Assembly (NCBI RefSeq): GCF_001194135.2
Contig: NC_068996.1
Span: 52,285,613-52,349,612, forward strand
From: Octopus bimaculoides
Taxonomy: Eukaryota
Direction: 5' to 3'
DNA: 64,000 nt
The translations under genes and the position numbers were made by a program. Below the pieces are notes generated by a model. That model had not been told where the DNA came from and did not search any database. It saw nothing but the letters and a program-made list of their open reading frames with translations. This document shows, piece after piece, positions 23,625 through 35,669 of the stretch. Each line of letters begins with the position of its first letter. Within the stretch, counting starts at the first letter, position 1.

Positions 23625-23834
23625 CTGTGTACCATGAAGAGAATGAATAAATGATGATAAATTTAATGAAAGGTCAAACATAATTCTGTGAGTAAATCTT
23701 ATTATTGCAGGCAAACCATAACACATGGTTTCATATTCCTTACAGGTATGGACATTATCAAACAATAACAAACAGTTTTACCACTGAAAACCTGCCTCCT
23801 CTGTCAATTCCAAAACTTCAGGGACATAACCATC

Positions 23835-25990
23835 AATAAAGGCATGGTAAAAGTTAGGTCTTGTGAGATTGTGAAGATGCTGGAGTGGAGACAAGTGGGT
23901 GTGTTTCATGTGCAAGTCGTAAGGTGTAAAGATTCCTCAGTTAAACCCTTCACAGGCATGAAACAATACACATTTTTCTGGTTAGTTAAAGTGCCTGGAG
24001 TAGGCATACTGTAAGATGAAAAATGAAGTAGATAAGGTAGTCACAACATACAATAGGATAATTAAGCTGATACTCATCACAGATAAATCAACAGCAACAT
24101 TTATTTCTGTGCTCCACAGGCATGGTTGACAGAGAAACAGGAGAGTTTTCAAGTGACCTTCTTCAGCTACTTAAACAATGATTGACAACCACCTCATTGT
24201 CATGGCAGGGAATTCAACAGACATGTTGGTCAACACAGTGATAACTTCTGTGATATCTAAGGAGGGCATGTATATGGTCCAATAAATGAGGTGGGGGTGT
24301 AAGCATCTGGATTTTTGTGATGCAACTGATCAAACAATTTGCAACACACACTTCAAGAAACCAACCAACCACCTCATGACTTACCAGTCTGGTGAATACA
24401 CAAGTCAAATAAATTACATTCTCCCCAGGAAATGGGAGAGACAAGCAAATGTAAATACCGAAACCTTTCCTGGTAGAGAAAGCACTATCCAACATAGATT
24501 AGTGGCAAGTGATTTCAAAGTTCAGAGCTAAGCAAACAGAGACAGAAGATGATATGGAGAAGGAAGCTAAACGAACTGACAGTGAGTCATAGATTTAGAA
24601 AAATTCTGGCACGTATAACTGTAGGAAGAAGGATTTAAATATGTGAAGTATAGATGACAACTGAGAATTGCAATAAAACAACCTGTTTAGGGCTAGAAAT
24701 CAGACAAGGCTGGAGCAAAGTTCCAGCCTTCCTGAAGGTGATGTAGTGATAAGATGACATGATTGATNNNNNNNNNNNNNNNNNNNNNNNNNNNNNNNNN
24801 NNNNNNNNNNNNNNNNNNNNNNNNNNNNNNNNNNNNNNNNNNNNNNNNNNNNNNNNNNNNNNNNNNNNNNNNNNNNNNNNNNNNNNNNNNNNNNNNNNNN
24901 NNNNNNNNNGGGGGGGGGGGTAAAAGCTAAGCGACAGGCTTAGAAGGGTGTAATAGAGAAGATTATCAAATGGCTAGAAGAGCAGGCAAGTGATAGGGAT
25001 ATTTGGCTATGGGTGAGGTTAGAAGGGATGTGAGGATTGTAAAGTGATAAAGGTTGCTTGACATTGTGTGTGAGAGAGAATTAAGATGTCGTTGGTGAGG
25101 AATGTATTCGGAATGATGAAGGCACATTCATCCATTGATATTGAAGACAAGAAAATGGTATGGAAGTGCTTATTATTTGAGGTTGTTGAATGTGGAGAAT
25201 ATGTTGGATAAAGAGAATCTACCTCATGCTGACCAGACATAGGGACAAGAAATTCCAATTGATAGCAGTGTGGTAGCTAAAGTGATTAAGTACATTTAGA
25301 GAAGGAATGCTGCAGGACCATTGGTTGTTATAGAGATACTAACAGAGTGTCATGTCCAGAAATTTGCAGGTCACTAAAGAGACTAAGTAAAAGAATAGCC
25401 TGCGAGGGCTGTACAAGCTATGCACAAAAATGCAGTAATTAAAGAAAGAGTTGTCAGCTTTCTTGTATTTGTCATAGTCTTACAGGTCATCACAGTGGAG
25501 TTTAAGATCAGCTGTCTGTGAGATCTCCTGTATGCTGATGATCCAGTTCTCATAGCTGAATCTGTAGTGAAATTAACGATGAAATTGCAGGTATGGAAGT
25601 TAAACCTTGAGGTAAATTTAGCAAAGGCTAAAGTTTTAGTAAAGAAGACAGGACCCTGGCCTTAACAGCAAGAAAGTAGACAGGAACTCCATATGATGTA
25701 CCTGATATAAGCTATGGACACACAAGAGATGGAGTGGAATTAGAAGCAGGTTAACAGATAAGGTAAGCTTCATATGTGGCAGATCCACTGGAGCAATACA
25801 TACACTGGAAATAGATTCTTTTAGGTACCCAGATAACTCACCTGAAGTCGTTGATAGTTTCTGTTACCTAGAGGACATGATTAAAAGTATAGCAGCCAGG
25901 GTAAGAATGGGTTGGAAAAGGGTTTAGGGAGCTATTACTACTGTTGGCAAGAAGTGAAGGGCAGATTGTATGATACTTATGTCATATTGT
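23835..25990 (+). mobile_element. Degenerate near-full-length RTE
   Basis: HFKKPTNHLMTYQSG...QINYIL, LLYADD and SFCYLE remnants; contains a gap. Confidence 0.8.
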
Positions 25991-26042
25991 AAGGTAGTTA
26001 CCTCTTACTTTTATCTCCCTACCTACCCTTAAACCCCTGGGA

Positions 26043-26345
26043 CAGTGTTTCCCAACCTATTTTCCCCCAGGCTCCACTATAACTTTCCAGAAAAATGTAT
26101 GCCCCTCCACAAGTGGTTGTTAAAAAGAACTTTATTTTTAATATTTTATCACAGTTTAATACAAATGAATCTACCAGTAACTCTTTTATTAAGTATTGAG
26201 TACAAAAAAAAAAGTGAATCACTTTAATGAGAACCTTGTGCCTGGTGACCCCGGCACCATGCTCTCTCACAATTTTCTCAGGTCCTACTACTCCAGGGTA
26301 TGCTCCACCCTTAATCGCACTGCATTCGCCCACTACTTTCCTCGA
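26043..26345. mobile_element. hAT-type non-autonomous fragment
   Basis: Begins CAGTGTTTCCCAACC, the same terminus type as 29976. Confidence 0.45.
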
Positions 26346-26347
26346 CC

Positions 26348-26511
26348 CACTAGCATAGCTAGAATGTTTGCCACCCAGGACAGCCCTTCCATTTGCCACC
26401 CCTGGACCCAACAAACACATTGCCTACAGCAGACCCAAAAGTGCCACCCCTTTAAAAGTGCCGCCTGGGGATGGGAGACTGCCCCTACCACTCCCCCTAG
26501 CTACGCCAGTG
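26348..26511. mobile_element. hAT-like MITE (CACTAGCGTAGCT-type ends)
   Basis: TIRs cactagcatagct / agctacgccagtg; sister copy at 37927-38090. Confidence 0.7.
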
Positions 26512-28777
26512 CCTCTACCCCTTTATTTCATCATTCTCTCCCACAGCCACCACCACCCATCTTTGATACCCTCCAGTCTCTCCTTCCTTGCTCCCACCAC
26601 TACCTCACTGTCCTTTCCCCAGAGTTTCTCTGCCACCTCACCTCACCCCACCCTTCCCCTTCCTCAGTGGCCTACCTTCATGACCCCTCTTTCTTTACTT
26701 CAATGATTTTCTCAGGATTTCTCATCACACTAATCTATTTCTCCCTTCCCCTCACCTTCCCATCACCTATTATTCATACCATTATAATATAGAATAGCAC
26801 TCCTTTGTAAACTACCCTGTCACCTTTCCCTCCTCTTTCTCACTAATCATTGACACTAACCTCTCCCCTGTTTCCTTCCATATTACCCTCCTCCAGGAGT
26901 GTCCACTGCCACCACATTGCAATAAATCTGTTCCTCTTACCTTCACACATGCCTAGAAACATTGCACCCCCACCCTTCTTTTTTTTTCTGCTGCTTTTGT
27001 GGACACCCATGACTTACTGTCACCATCCAATTCCATTATTATGAATTTGAACTGGGAGCTTGCGTGATATTCCATCTTTCATTAGCGGATTCCACAACCA
27101 TGGATGCCATTCCTATGGATGTGTTGCAGTTACTCTTTTCATAGAGCTTCGTGATCCTCACCATCGATCTTCTATTATTCCCCCACTCAGCATCAATGCA
27201 AGAAGCACCATTGATTCAGCTGAGCTATTCTGGAACCTTCCTTCAATAATAGCAATCAGTTTAGGCCCTGAGTCTTACAAGATGCAAGGCAATCTTCATT
27301 AGTGCTGGTGCCACATAAAATGCTCCCGGTACATTGTAAAGTGGTTGGCATTAGGAAGGGCACCCAGTCATAGAAACTATGCCAAAGCAGACATCAGAGT
27401 ACGATGCAGTACTCTGATTTGCATGCATGCATGCATGCATTTGTGTGTGTGGTGGTGGTGGTGGCATGATTATGATGTTAAAAATTTTGCTTTCTAACTA
27501 CATGGTACTGGGTTTGGTCCTACTCCATGGCACCTTGGGTAAGTATCTTGTACAATACCATTTGGCCAACTAAACCCCTGTGAGCAGATTTGTAAATGGA
27601 AATTGTAAGAAGCCCCATTGCGCGCGTGTGTGTGTGCATGCACATAGATGTGTGTGTATTTTCATGATACTGCATGATAGTTGTAAAAGAGTGTATATTC
27701 ATATAAGTATGACTGTGGAGAAATATTGCCTTCCCTCAAAGTAAGTCTACTTGATTATGAAAAAGAAAAGCTACTAAAAAGGTCATGACATCTTAAAATC
27801 TGATTCAATAAAGCAAATGACTGTAAATTCTACTGATAGTAGTGCACAGAACTACCAACTGTCAAAATATAGTAACCCTCCCTCAACCTGTTCAATCGCT
27901 ATGACTCATTTGTTTTTATTATATAGATGTGTTCATGTGGACAGGTCCAACTTGGAGTGCATATTTTAGTGGATTTCAAGTTTAGTCAGCGTATTATTTT
28001 TTATGAAATTCTGACAAGTCATTTTTAACATGTGTTATGGAAAGAAACTTTAAATAGGATTTGAAAATTAATCAATAGTTGCAGGAATTATTACATAAGT
28101 ATGCAAGATTGATTATATTGAATTATGACAAAATAATTGCAAATTGAAGTAAAATGATTTGCTTGCTCCATTTTTTTAATATTGGGTCATTTGATATATA
28201 TACATATATATATAAATCATCATCATGTAGAGTATATTTTTTGTATGTTTATATTTCAGATATATATATATAATTCTATATCTGAGATAGAGAGAGGATA
28301 AGAGAAAGAAGGATGGAACATGAGAGGTACAGTAAAAAACAAAGCATAAGATTCTGGAAAATATATTGGTGAAGAAGCCATCTGCATTTTAGAGAATTGT
28401 GTATGTTAGTGTGCATTTGTGTTCATGTGCATGTTTGTGCACTTCTGTTATAATTTACTTATTGTGTAAATGTACGTGTATTTGTATGCATCTACCACTC
28501 ACTTTTCTATGTGCACAACATTCATCATAAGTGTGTATGTATATCTGCAGGTGAGCATGCATATGTGAAATTTAGTGTGCAAGCATATATATGTATGTGT
28601 GTGTATGAATGCGTTTATGTGTAAGTGTGAGACATTGTAAATGACTAACATTTCTTCAAATGTGTGTTACTGAGTCATTTTGATATTCTTCTCATTTAAA
28701 AATGGTGACAACTTTTTACCAGTGTTGCTATAATAATGAACAAAATTCTATTTTGAAAGTTCAAGGAATCAGATTAC

Positions 28778-28849
28778 CTTGAAATTTTTTTCAGGCATAA
28801 TAGCTTATGCCCAAAGAAGTCAAAGCATTTATATGTTGACAAGTTTAGT
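28778..28849 (-). other. Candidate 72-nt exon (5' UTR or coding LNLSTYKCFDFFGHKLLCLKKISR)
   Basis: Strong acceptor tttgtatgtatttcttgtttctag and donor AAG|gtaatc in non-repetitive sequence. Confidence 0.5.
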
Positions 28850-28916
28850 CTAGAAACAAGAAATACATACAAATAAAATTTATATTTTAGCAATGCATAC
28901 ATACACATATACATAC

Positions 28917-28979
<63 letters not shown>

Positions 28980-29034
28980 ATAGATATATGTATACATCCA
29001 CACGCAATCATATAACTGAAACTCTAGTAGGGTT

Positions 29035-29425
29035 AGAAATGAAATTGTGGAAGCAAAACCTGGAATCAAAGGGCCTTAAAGTTAACTTAGTAAAGAACAA
29101 AGTTCTAGTTAGCAAGAAAACACACAGAACAATAATTTCTTCATGATTGATTCAGTTAAATAGTAGAAGAGATGTTAGTACACTGTATGAAATTTCTACT
29201 AAGCACCAACTGTGGTCAAACAAGAGGATGCGGTGGAATCACAGAAAGGTTAAAAGAGAAAGTAGACTTTGTTGTTGTAGATGCACTGGTGAAATTACAA
29301 CATACAGGAAATAGATTTCTTCAAATGCCCATGAGGATCCTTTAGAGGAAATTGGCAGTTTCTGTTAGCTAGTTAACCTAATTAACAATAGAAGAGGATA
29401 CTCAGAAAGCATAGTTGCTGGAATA
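29035..29425 (+). mobile_element. RTE fragment (post-RT region)
   Basis: WKQNLESKGLKVNL.K motif. Confidence 0.7.
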
Positions 29426-29975
29426 TCTGTCTCTCACCATTTTCACCTTCTGACTCCATTCCTAGTATTGAACATCTCCTTTGCACCCTACCCCCCACAC
29501 ACTTCACATCTTCTTTACAACCACATATTACTTCCCTGGCCGATACCTGCTTCCCCCATGACTAAAAATGCCTCGACCCAAGTTCGTTACCCACTGAATT
29601 TCCCTTTATCCCCATCTCTATCCACCTGCCACTCACCCCACCCTCATGAACTTATTTACCTGCTCAAACAACTTCACTTATATCCCCCCCTATGTAACTT
29701 GAGGGTACACCCTGACACAACTTGATCACTACCACCTTTCTTTTTCAACTGGGTAATCACATATCACCTGTACAGCAAGATACCTGTCTCTCTGTTATAC
29801 TTTAGCCTTTCATCACCTCTCATCAAGCCACCACCCTCAGGACTACAATATACGACAATTCCTCAGTCAAGGACTCTTGTCTTGTGAGTTACTACTTTAG
29901 AGGTAGTTGATAATTTGTTACTTAGGTGATGTAACTAGCAGTGGAGGAGGAGGAGGATGTTCTGAAAGTCTAGTT

Positions 29976-30254
29976 CAGTGGTTCCCAACCCGATTATTTG
30001 AGTTTTCTCCATGGACCACTACACATTCTTTATTTTCTCTCCTTGTTTCTTTCTGTGGAAGAGCGTAGGCTTGAAACGTTAAAAACTTTTTCAATTCCCG
30101 AGCGTTATACTAATGCATCTATTTGTTTTCTACACCACCTGTCTTCATCTGTTGCTTTTTTTTGTGAATTCTCCTAATATATATATATGAAATTTCATAA
30201 GACCCCCTCCCCCAGGACCATCAGAGGTCCATGGACCCCAAGTTGGGGTCAGTG
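29976..30254. mobile_element. hAT-type MITE with a nested Penelope pseudo-LTR fragment (30025-30190)
   Basis: CAGTGGTTCCCAACC terminus; ccatggacc segments on both sides of the insert; hammerhead-like motif at 30045-30086. Confidence 0.55.
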
Positions 30255-30309
30255 GCTGAAATAAAAACTGATTGGGGGAAGTTTTGAGAGGACAGTTATC
30301 TTTGATAAC

Positions 30310-31265
30310 ATTGGGCCTCTCCTCAGAGTGAAAGGCAGATTGTATGATGGTTGTGTAAGAACAGCAATGCTACACAGTTACAAAATGTGGGCTGTGAATG
30401 CAGAAAATATGTGAAAGCTTGAAAGAAATGCACCTAGCATGCTATGCTGAATGTGTATGTATGGGAAAGTGTAAACGCGTTGAGAGAAGAACAAGGCATA
30501 AGAGGCATGAGATGCAGTGTGCAAAAGAGAAGACCATGCTGGTATGGCTGTGTGATGCTGACAGGTGAATAGAGCTGCATAAAGAAGTGCCATTCGCTAA
30601 ATGTGGATGGAACCTGTGGAAGACGAAAACCTAGGAAAACAGGAAATGAAGTGATGAAAAATGACTTTCAGATGTTGGGCCTCACAAAGGAGATGATAAA
30701 GAATCAATACAATTGGTGATTTGAGAAGACCCAACCATTGAAGAAAAATCAAGGCCATAAAGGAATATCTTTCATATCTGTGCCCCTACACACACACACA
30801 CAATGTGTCCCTGAGAAATATCTCCCCCCATAACTCATCTTCCTAATACTCCCTTTCCTCCACCCATGTTAACCATCCACTACATTCCCTCTCTATCCCC
30901 CACTCACTCTATCCAATCCTCTCTACCATTTCACTTATACACACTTCCTTCTAACTTAAGGGTATGCCCTGACACATCATCTTCACCAGCTTCTCTCTCT
31001 CTCCTCCCTCTCTTCTTCCATTTGGAGTAGCCATTATCATCTCCTGTACAATATACCCTTTTTTTTTTAATCCCTTTTATACTTTTTTAACTTCTCATCA
31101 CCAAGTACAAAGCCACCTGCCTCATAATTACTCCCACTCAGTGACCTCACTGGTCACTGGTGTCACATAAAAAGCAACAAGTACAACTGTGGAAATGGTG
31201 CCTAAGCTGACAGTAGAGTTTGGTAGTTATCTAACTTGCCAGTTCCTGTTAAACCACCCAACCTG
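30310..31265 (+). mobile_element. RTE subfamily 3' end with long C-rich 3' UTR
   Basis: LRVKGRLYD, WYGCV and GRRKPRK remnants followed by the ctctatcccccactcac-type pyrimidine tract. Confidence 0.7.
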
Positions 31266-31330
31266 TGCCAACAAGGAAAATGGACATTATTTACATTCAA
31301 TGGATATTTGTCCACATCTTGTTTGTTGTT

Positions 31331-31373
31331 AACACGTTTTGGCTGATATACCCCCCAGCCTTCATCAGGTCTC
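31331..31373 (-). ncRNA. Hammerhead motif in the inverted pseudo-LTR (G12 changed to A)
   Basis: Minus strand: AGAC CTGATGA AGGCTG GGGGGTATAT CAGCC aAAAC GTGTT. Confidence 0.5.
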
Positions 31374-31714
31374 TTGAGGAAATCTCGAACTTAAGGTATT
31401 TTTCGATATTATTATTATTATTATTATTGTTCAAGTCACTGCTTGGAATCGAACTCAGAATCTTGGGGTTAGTAGCCTGTGCTCTTAACCACTATGCCAG
31501 ATAGACTCTGGACAGTTTATTAGTTTTATCCTCTCTCTTCTTCATAATTGGAGTGGATAGTATGTTTTTAGGGTAGTTGTTGCTTGATAGATTGTGATAC
31601 CCACCACGAAGAAATGATCAAGCTCAGTAACAATCACTACTTATATTCTTTGCTCAATGTTTTAAGCACTGAACAACCCCTCTCTTTAAACTGTATGATA
31701 CCCACCATGAAGAA

Positions 31715-32290
31715 ATGATCAAGCTCAATAATGATCTGTTAAGCAACAACTACCCCAAAAGTATAGTATCCACTCCAAATATGAACAAAAGAGAAGATGA
31801 AACCCATAAACTGACCACAGTCTGTCTACCCTATGTGAAAGGCCTCTCTGGAAAGATACAAAAGATATGTGGCCCATTTGACATCAGGACAGTGTTCAAG
31901 AGTAATACAACACTTTGCAAATATCTCCTTCAGGTAAAAACCACCAATAGAAGAGAATATGACCAAAGACTGCGTGTACTCCATTCCATGCAGCTGTGGT
32001 AGGTTATACAAAGGTGAAACATGTCGCCCCCTCAAAATAAGGGTAGAGGAACATCGCAAAGCTGTGACACAAGGAGATATTGATAAATCGGGTATAGCTG
32101 ATCATGTATGGAAAACTTGAGAACACCTCCCTCTGTGGGATGAAGTTAAAATAATAGACAGAGAACACCACTGGAAAATACGAAAACTAAAAGAAGCAGC
32201 ACATATGCTAGGACACAACAACCTCCTAAGCAGACTGAGTGTAGATGTGAACAGCATATGGGAACCGGTATTAAGGAAGAATAGGAAAAT
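31715..32290 (+). pseudogene. GIY-YIG endonuclease domain of the Penelope ORF (frameshifted)
   Basis: VCLPYVKGLS..I.KIC, CVYSIPCSCGRLYKGETCRPLKIRVEEH, KSGIADHVWK and KIRKLKEA. Confidence 0.9.
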
Positions 32291-32334
32291 ATTAGATTGA
32301 TAAGCCCTAAAAATTGACTCCATAATTGCCCACA

Positions 32335-32405
32335 GGCATATGGTGTAGTGGTTAAGAGTGCAGGCTACTAACCCCAAGATTCTGAGTTCAATTCCAAGCA
32401 TTGAC
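32335..32405 (+). promoter_or_regulatory. tRNA-like internal Pol III promoter at the head of the pseudo-LTR
   Basis: A-box TGGTGTAGTGG, anticodon-arm-like ggctactaacc, B-box GAGTTCAATTCC. Confidence 0.65.
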
Positions 32406-32489
32406 CTGAACAACAATAATAATAACAATAATAACAATAATATCTAAAAATACCTCAGGAATGAGAACCCAGGTTTGAAATTTCCCCAA

Positions 32490-32534
32490 GACACATGATG
32501 AAGGCTGGAGGGTATATCAGCGAAACGTTGTGTT
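32490..32534 (+). ncRNA. Hammerhead motif in the pseudo-LTR (core C3 changed to A in this copy)
   Basis: GACAC aTGATGA AGGCTG-loop-CAGC GAAAC GTT GTGTT. Confidence 0.55.
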
Positions 32535-33599
32535 AACAAGAAACAAGATGAAGACAAATATCCATCAAATGTAAATAATGTACTCATCTCTTAAATATAG
32601 AACTGTAAGGAAAATGGAGATTAAATGAGGATACACACACATGCATGCACACACACACAAATATATATACATACATACATATGTGCATGCACATAGTAAT
32701 AATAATCATCATCATCCTTTAACATCCATGTTCCTTGGATGGTTTATCAAGAATCCAAGGACTACATCTTGCTCCAGTGTCTGCTTCAGCATAGTTTCTA
32801 CAGCTGGATGCCCTTCCAAATGCCAACCACTTTACAGTTTGTACTAGGATTTTTTTTCTATCACCAGCACTAGTGAGGTCACCATGAGCTCACAAGTCTT
32901 CAAACTGAAGTGGGGGTAACTGTGTTCTTATGTTACGGCGGAGGGTGGGGTAAAGATATGGGTGAAGGGGTTGGGGTTCTTGTTGTTAAGGAGCTACATG
33001 GCTACTCACATTTAGGAGAGAGAGTGAGAATGAATTGATGGTATCCCCAAAGAGATCATAGCAATGAGGTACCCAGGTGGCACCTTCATAGGAAGAGTTG
33101 CAGTGAATGAGGAGGGTTTGATGGAAGAGGTAGGGAAAGTGGGAGTAAGAGAGAGAGGTAGACAACGTCTGCAAATATTAAGGGTTGAGGAGATGGGGTG
33201 CATGAGTTGAGGTGGGGGGTTAGAGGGAAGCTAGCAGAAGGGTAGTTGACTGGGGGTGGGGGCAGATGATGAGTTTGGGTAAGCTACAGGAGCTGAGGAG
33301 AGAGAGATGGACCGGTGTAGTGCATGAGGAGAGATGATTTCATGGTCCAAGGAGGGGAGAATAGGGTGGCCATTGTAACATGAGGATGTGGAGAACAATA
33401 TCAATGGATGAAGAATGACTAACAAGTGAGATGTTTCTGGATAGCAAGAGAGAAAAGTAACAGGACGGAAGGAAAGAGCTGGGGTGGAAGAGATACAAGG
33501 GTGGGGTGAGGCAACGTGATAAGAAAATTAGAAGATTGAATGACTGAAGTGCACATATCTCTCTCTCTCTCTCTCTCTCTCTTCATATATGTACATAAT

Positions 33600-33750
33600 G
33601 TAGCGGTGTGGTAAGAAACTTGCTTCCCAACCACATGGTTCTGGGTTCAGTCCCACTCTGTGAGACCTTGGGCAAGTAGCTTCTACTATAGCCACAGACT
33701 GACCAAAGCCTTGTGAGTGGATGGAAACTGAAAAAGCCTGTCGTATATAT
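33600..33750 (+). mobile_element. SINE family A 5' half
   Basis: gtgtggtaagaaacttgcttcccaaccacatggttctgggttcagtccc. Confidence 0.8.
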
Positions 33751-34189
33751 TTATATTTGTATTTTGGACCATTTTGGAAGTAAGTATGGACAGAAGATGT
33801 GAGGGAAAGCAGACAGGAAAGGAACAACAGACTGGGTTGGAAGAGACATTGAAGGAAAGAATGGCTGGAGTGTTAGGGTGCTAAGGGGATAGACAAGCTG
33901 TAGGTGAGAGGATGGTGAGAGAAAAGGTGGCTGAGAGAGAGAGAGAGAACAGTGGAGGAGACAACACTGGAAAAGATATCACGGAAGGAGGATGAAGNNN
34001 NNNNNNNNNNNNNNNNNNNNNNNNNNNNNNNNNNNNNNNNNNNNNNNNNNNNNNNNNNNNNNNNNNNNNNNNNNNNNNNNNNNNNNNNNNNNNNNNNNNN
34101 NNNNNNNNNNNNNNNNAGTGAGATAAAGGTAAGAGGAAGATGTTAGATGATGGGCAGGAAGGTGAACTTTGTTGAGAGCAGGGTATAGT

Positions 34190-34440
34190 GAAGTATAGCA
34201 GTGTTATTACACTGATAATTGTAAGATTATCATGGGTTCAATACCCGGACTGGGCAGTGTGTTGTGTTCTTGAGCAAAGCATTCTATTTCATAGTGTTCT
34301 GTGGTCACTTTGACATTGACGTGTGGCACACTGTACACTTGACCAGTGTCAATTTGATGGAAGGACAACTAATGTACAGCACAAGACTTTGGTCATTATA
34401 AATAAATTATCTGTTCAGGTTGCTCAAGAAATTGCAGAAC
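34190..34440 (+). mobile_element. Degenerate tRNA-derived SINE (family B-like head)
   Basis: gggttcaatacccggactgggcagtgtgttgtgttcttgagcaa matches the family B head. Confidence 0.6.
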
Positions 34441-34519
34441 CGTTTTTCTCAGTTTATGAGAGACCACCATTAATATCTCTCTATCTCTCATGTATATATA
34501 TATATATATATATATAGTA

Positions 34520-34750
34520 GTTTTGAATATCAATCTGGATTAGTCTAAGGTTATGTCTATTTCCTATATGTATTTTGGAGAACCAATCCAATGCTCCTTG
34601 TGTGTTTTTCCATAAGTTGAGTTTGACCTTGTTCCTAATTCTTATTTTATTAAGTTTTCCTAAATCCGATTTGTTGGGACAAATTAGTCTAACCTGTGTT
34701 TTGTTGGGGAAATTCTCCTTGTGATCCTTAATAGTTAATTGGTTTCAAAC
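34520..34750 (-). pseudogene. Penelope-like RT N-terminal fragment (family 2)
   Basis: Open minus frame TIKDHKENFPNKTQVRLICPNKSDLGKLNK...LNLWKNTQGALDWF...IQIDIQN. Confidence 0.8.
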
Positions 34751-34845
34751 CCTAAAAAATGAGTTTCAAGATAGAAACAGGTGTGGCTATGCAGTTGGGT
34801 TGATTAAAACCTCATGAGTGGATTTGGTAAGCAGAAACTGAAGAA

Positions 34846-35076
34846 GGCGGTGAGTTGGCAGAAACGTTAGCATGTCGGGTGAAATGCTTACCGGTATTTC
34901 ATCTGTCACTATGTTTTGAGTTCAAATTCCACCGAGGTCGACTTTGCCTTTCATCCTTTCGGGATCAATAAAATAAATACCAGTTACGCACTGGGGTTGA
35001 TGTAATCGACTTAATCCGTTTGTCTGTCCTTGTTTGTCCCTTCTATGTTTAGCCCCTTGTGGGCAATAAAGAAATA
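34846..35076 (+). mobile_element. tRNA-derived SINE (family C) nested in a family A SINE, with TSD
   Basis: TSD agaaactgaa(a)gaa at 34833-34845 and 35077-35090; B-box gagttcaaattcc; tail gccccttgtgggcaataaagaaataa. Confidence 0.85.
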
Positions 35077-35199
35077 AGAAACTGAAAGAAGCCCATCATG
35101 TGTATATGTAATGGATAATGGCCAAAAGAATATAATTGTGAATATTGATTGCAAATGGGATTCCTCCATAGGTTCTTTGCAGTAACATTAGTTGAGAAA

Positions 35200-35470
35200 A
35201 TGTGTAGCTCAGAGATCAGAGAGGTGAACAAGAGAAAGAAATCACAGAGAACTACAGACATGTGGTAAGAATATCTCAGAAAAGAATGATTGGGCGAGTT
35301 TTATGGGTAGACCACAAGCAGGATGGTTCGATAACATCCATGACTTTGATGGGGGATCCAATCAGATCAATGGGAGATGGTTGCTTACGACAGGACCTGA
35401 TGGAAAGCATACTTGAGGAATCTGTGCTTCAACCCAGTCAGGAATAAGTGTGCAAGGAGGAGACGAGATG
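35200..35470 (+). mobile_element. 3' end of a different RTE/RTEX-type LINE
   Basis: HVVRI...GRPQAGWFDNI...WEMVAYDR. Confidence 0.55.
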
Positions 35471-35625
35471 ATATACATACATATACATATATATAATGTG
35501 GTTTATTTATCCTGGATACTCTATTGAAATGTGCATAGGTTTGGCTTATTGTTGTTGTTTCTGCTATTATAACTGTTGCTGCAATAAAGTATCTTCAATG
35601 CATCGATTTTGAGCTCTATTTTTTA

Positions 35626-35669
<44 letters not shown>

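Larger units (their letters stand above)
31285..32600 (+). mobile_element. Penelope-like element 3' portion flanked by inverted pseudo-LTRs (family H2)
   Basis: GIY-YIG coding region between a minus copy (31285-31500) and a plus copy (32335-32600) of the same about 250-bp repeat. Confidence 0.9.

Noticed and set aside
26019-26792. ORFs of 112-198 aa
   Set aside because: They overlap MITEs and the C-rich tract; no domain motifs or splice context.
32335-32405. tRNA genes (here and at SINE heads such as 4030-4100)
   Set aside because: A/B boxes are present but there is no complete acceptor stem or cloverleaf; they are retroposon heads.
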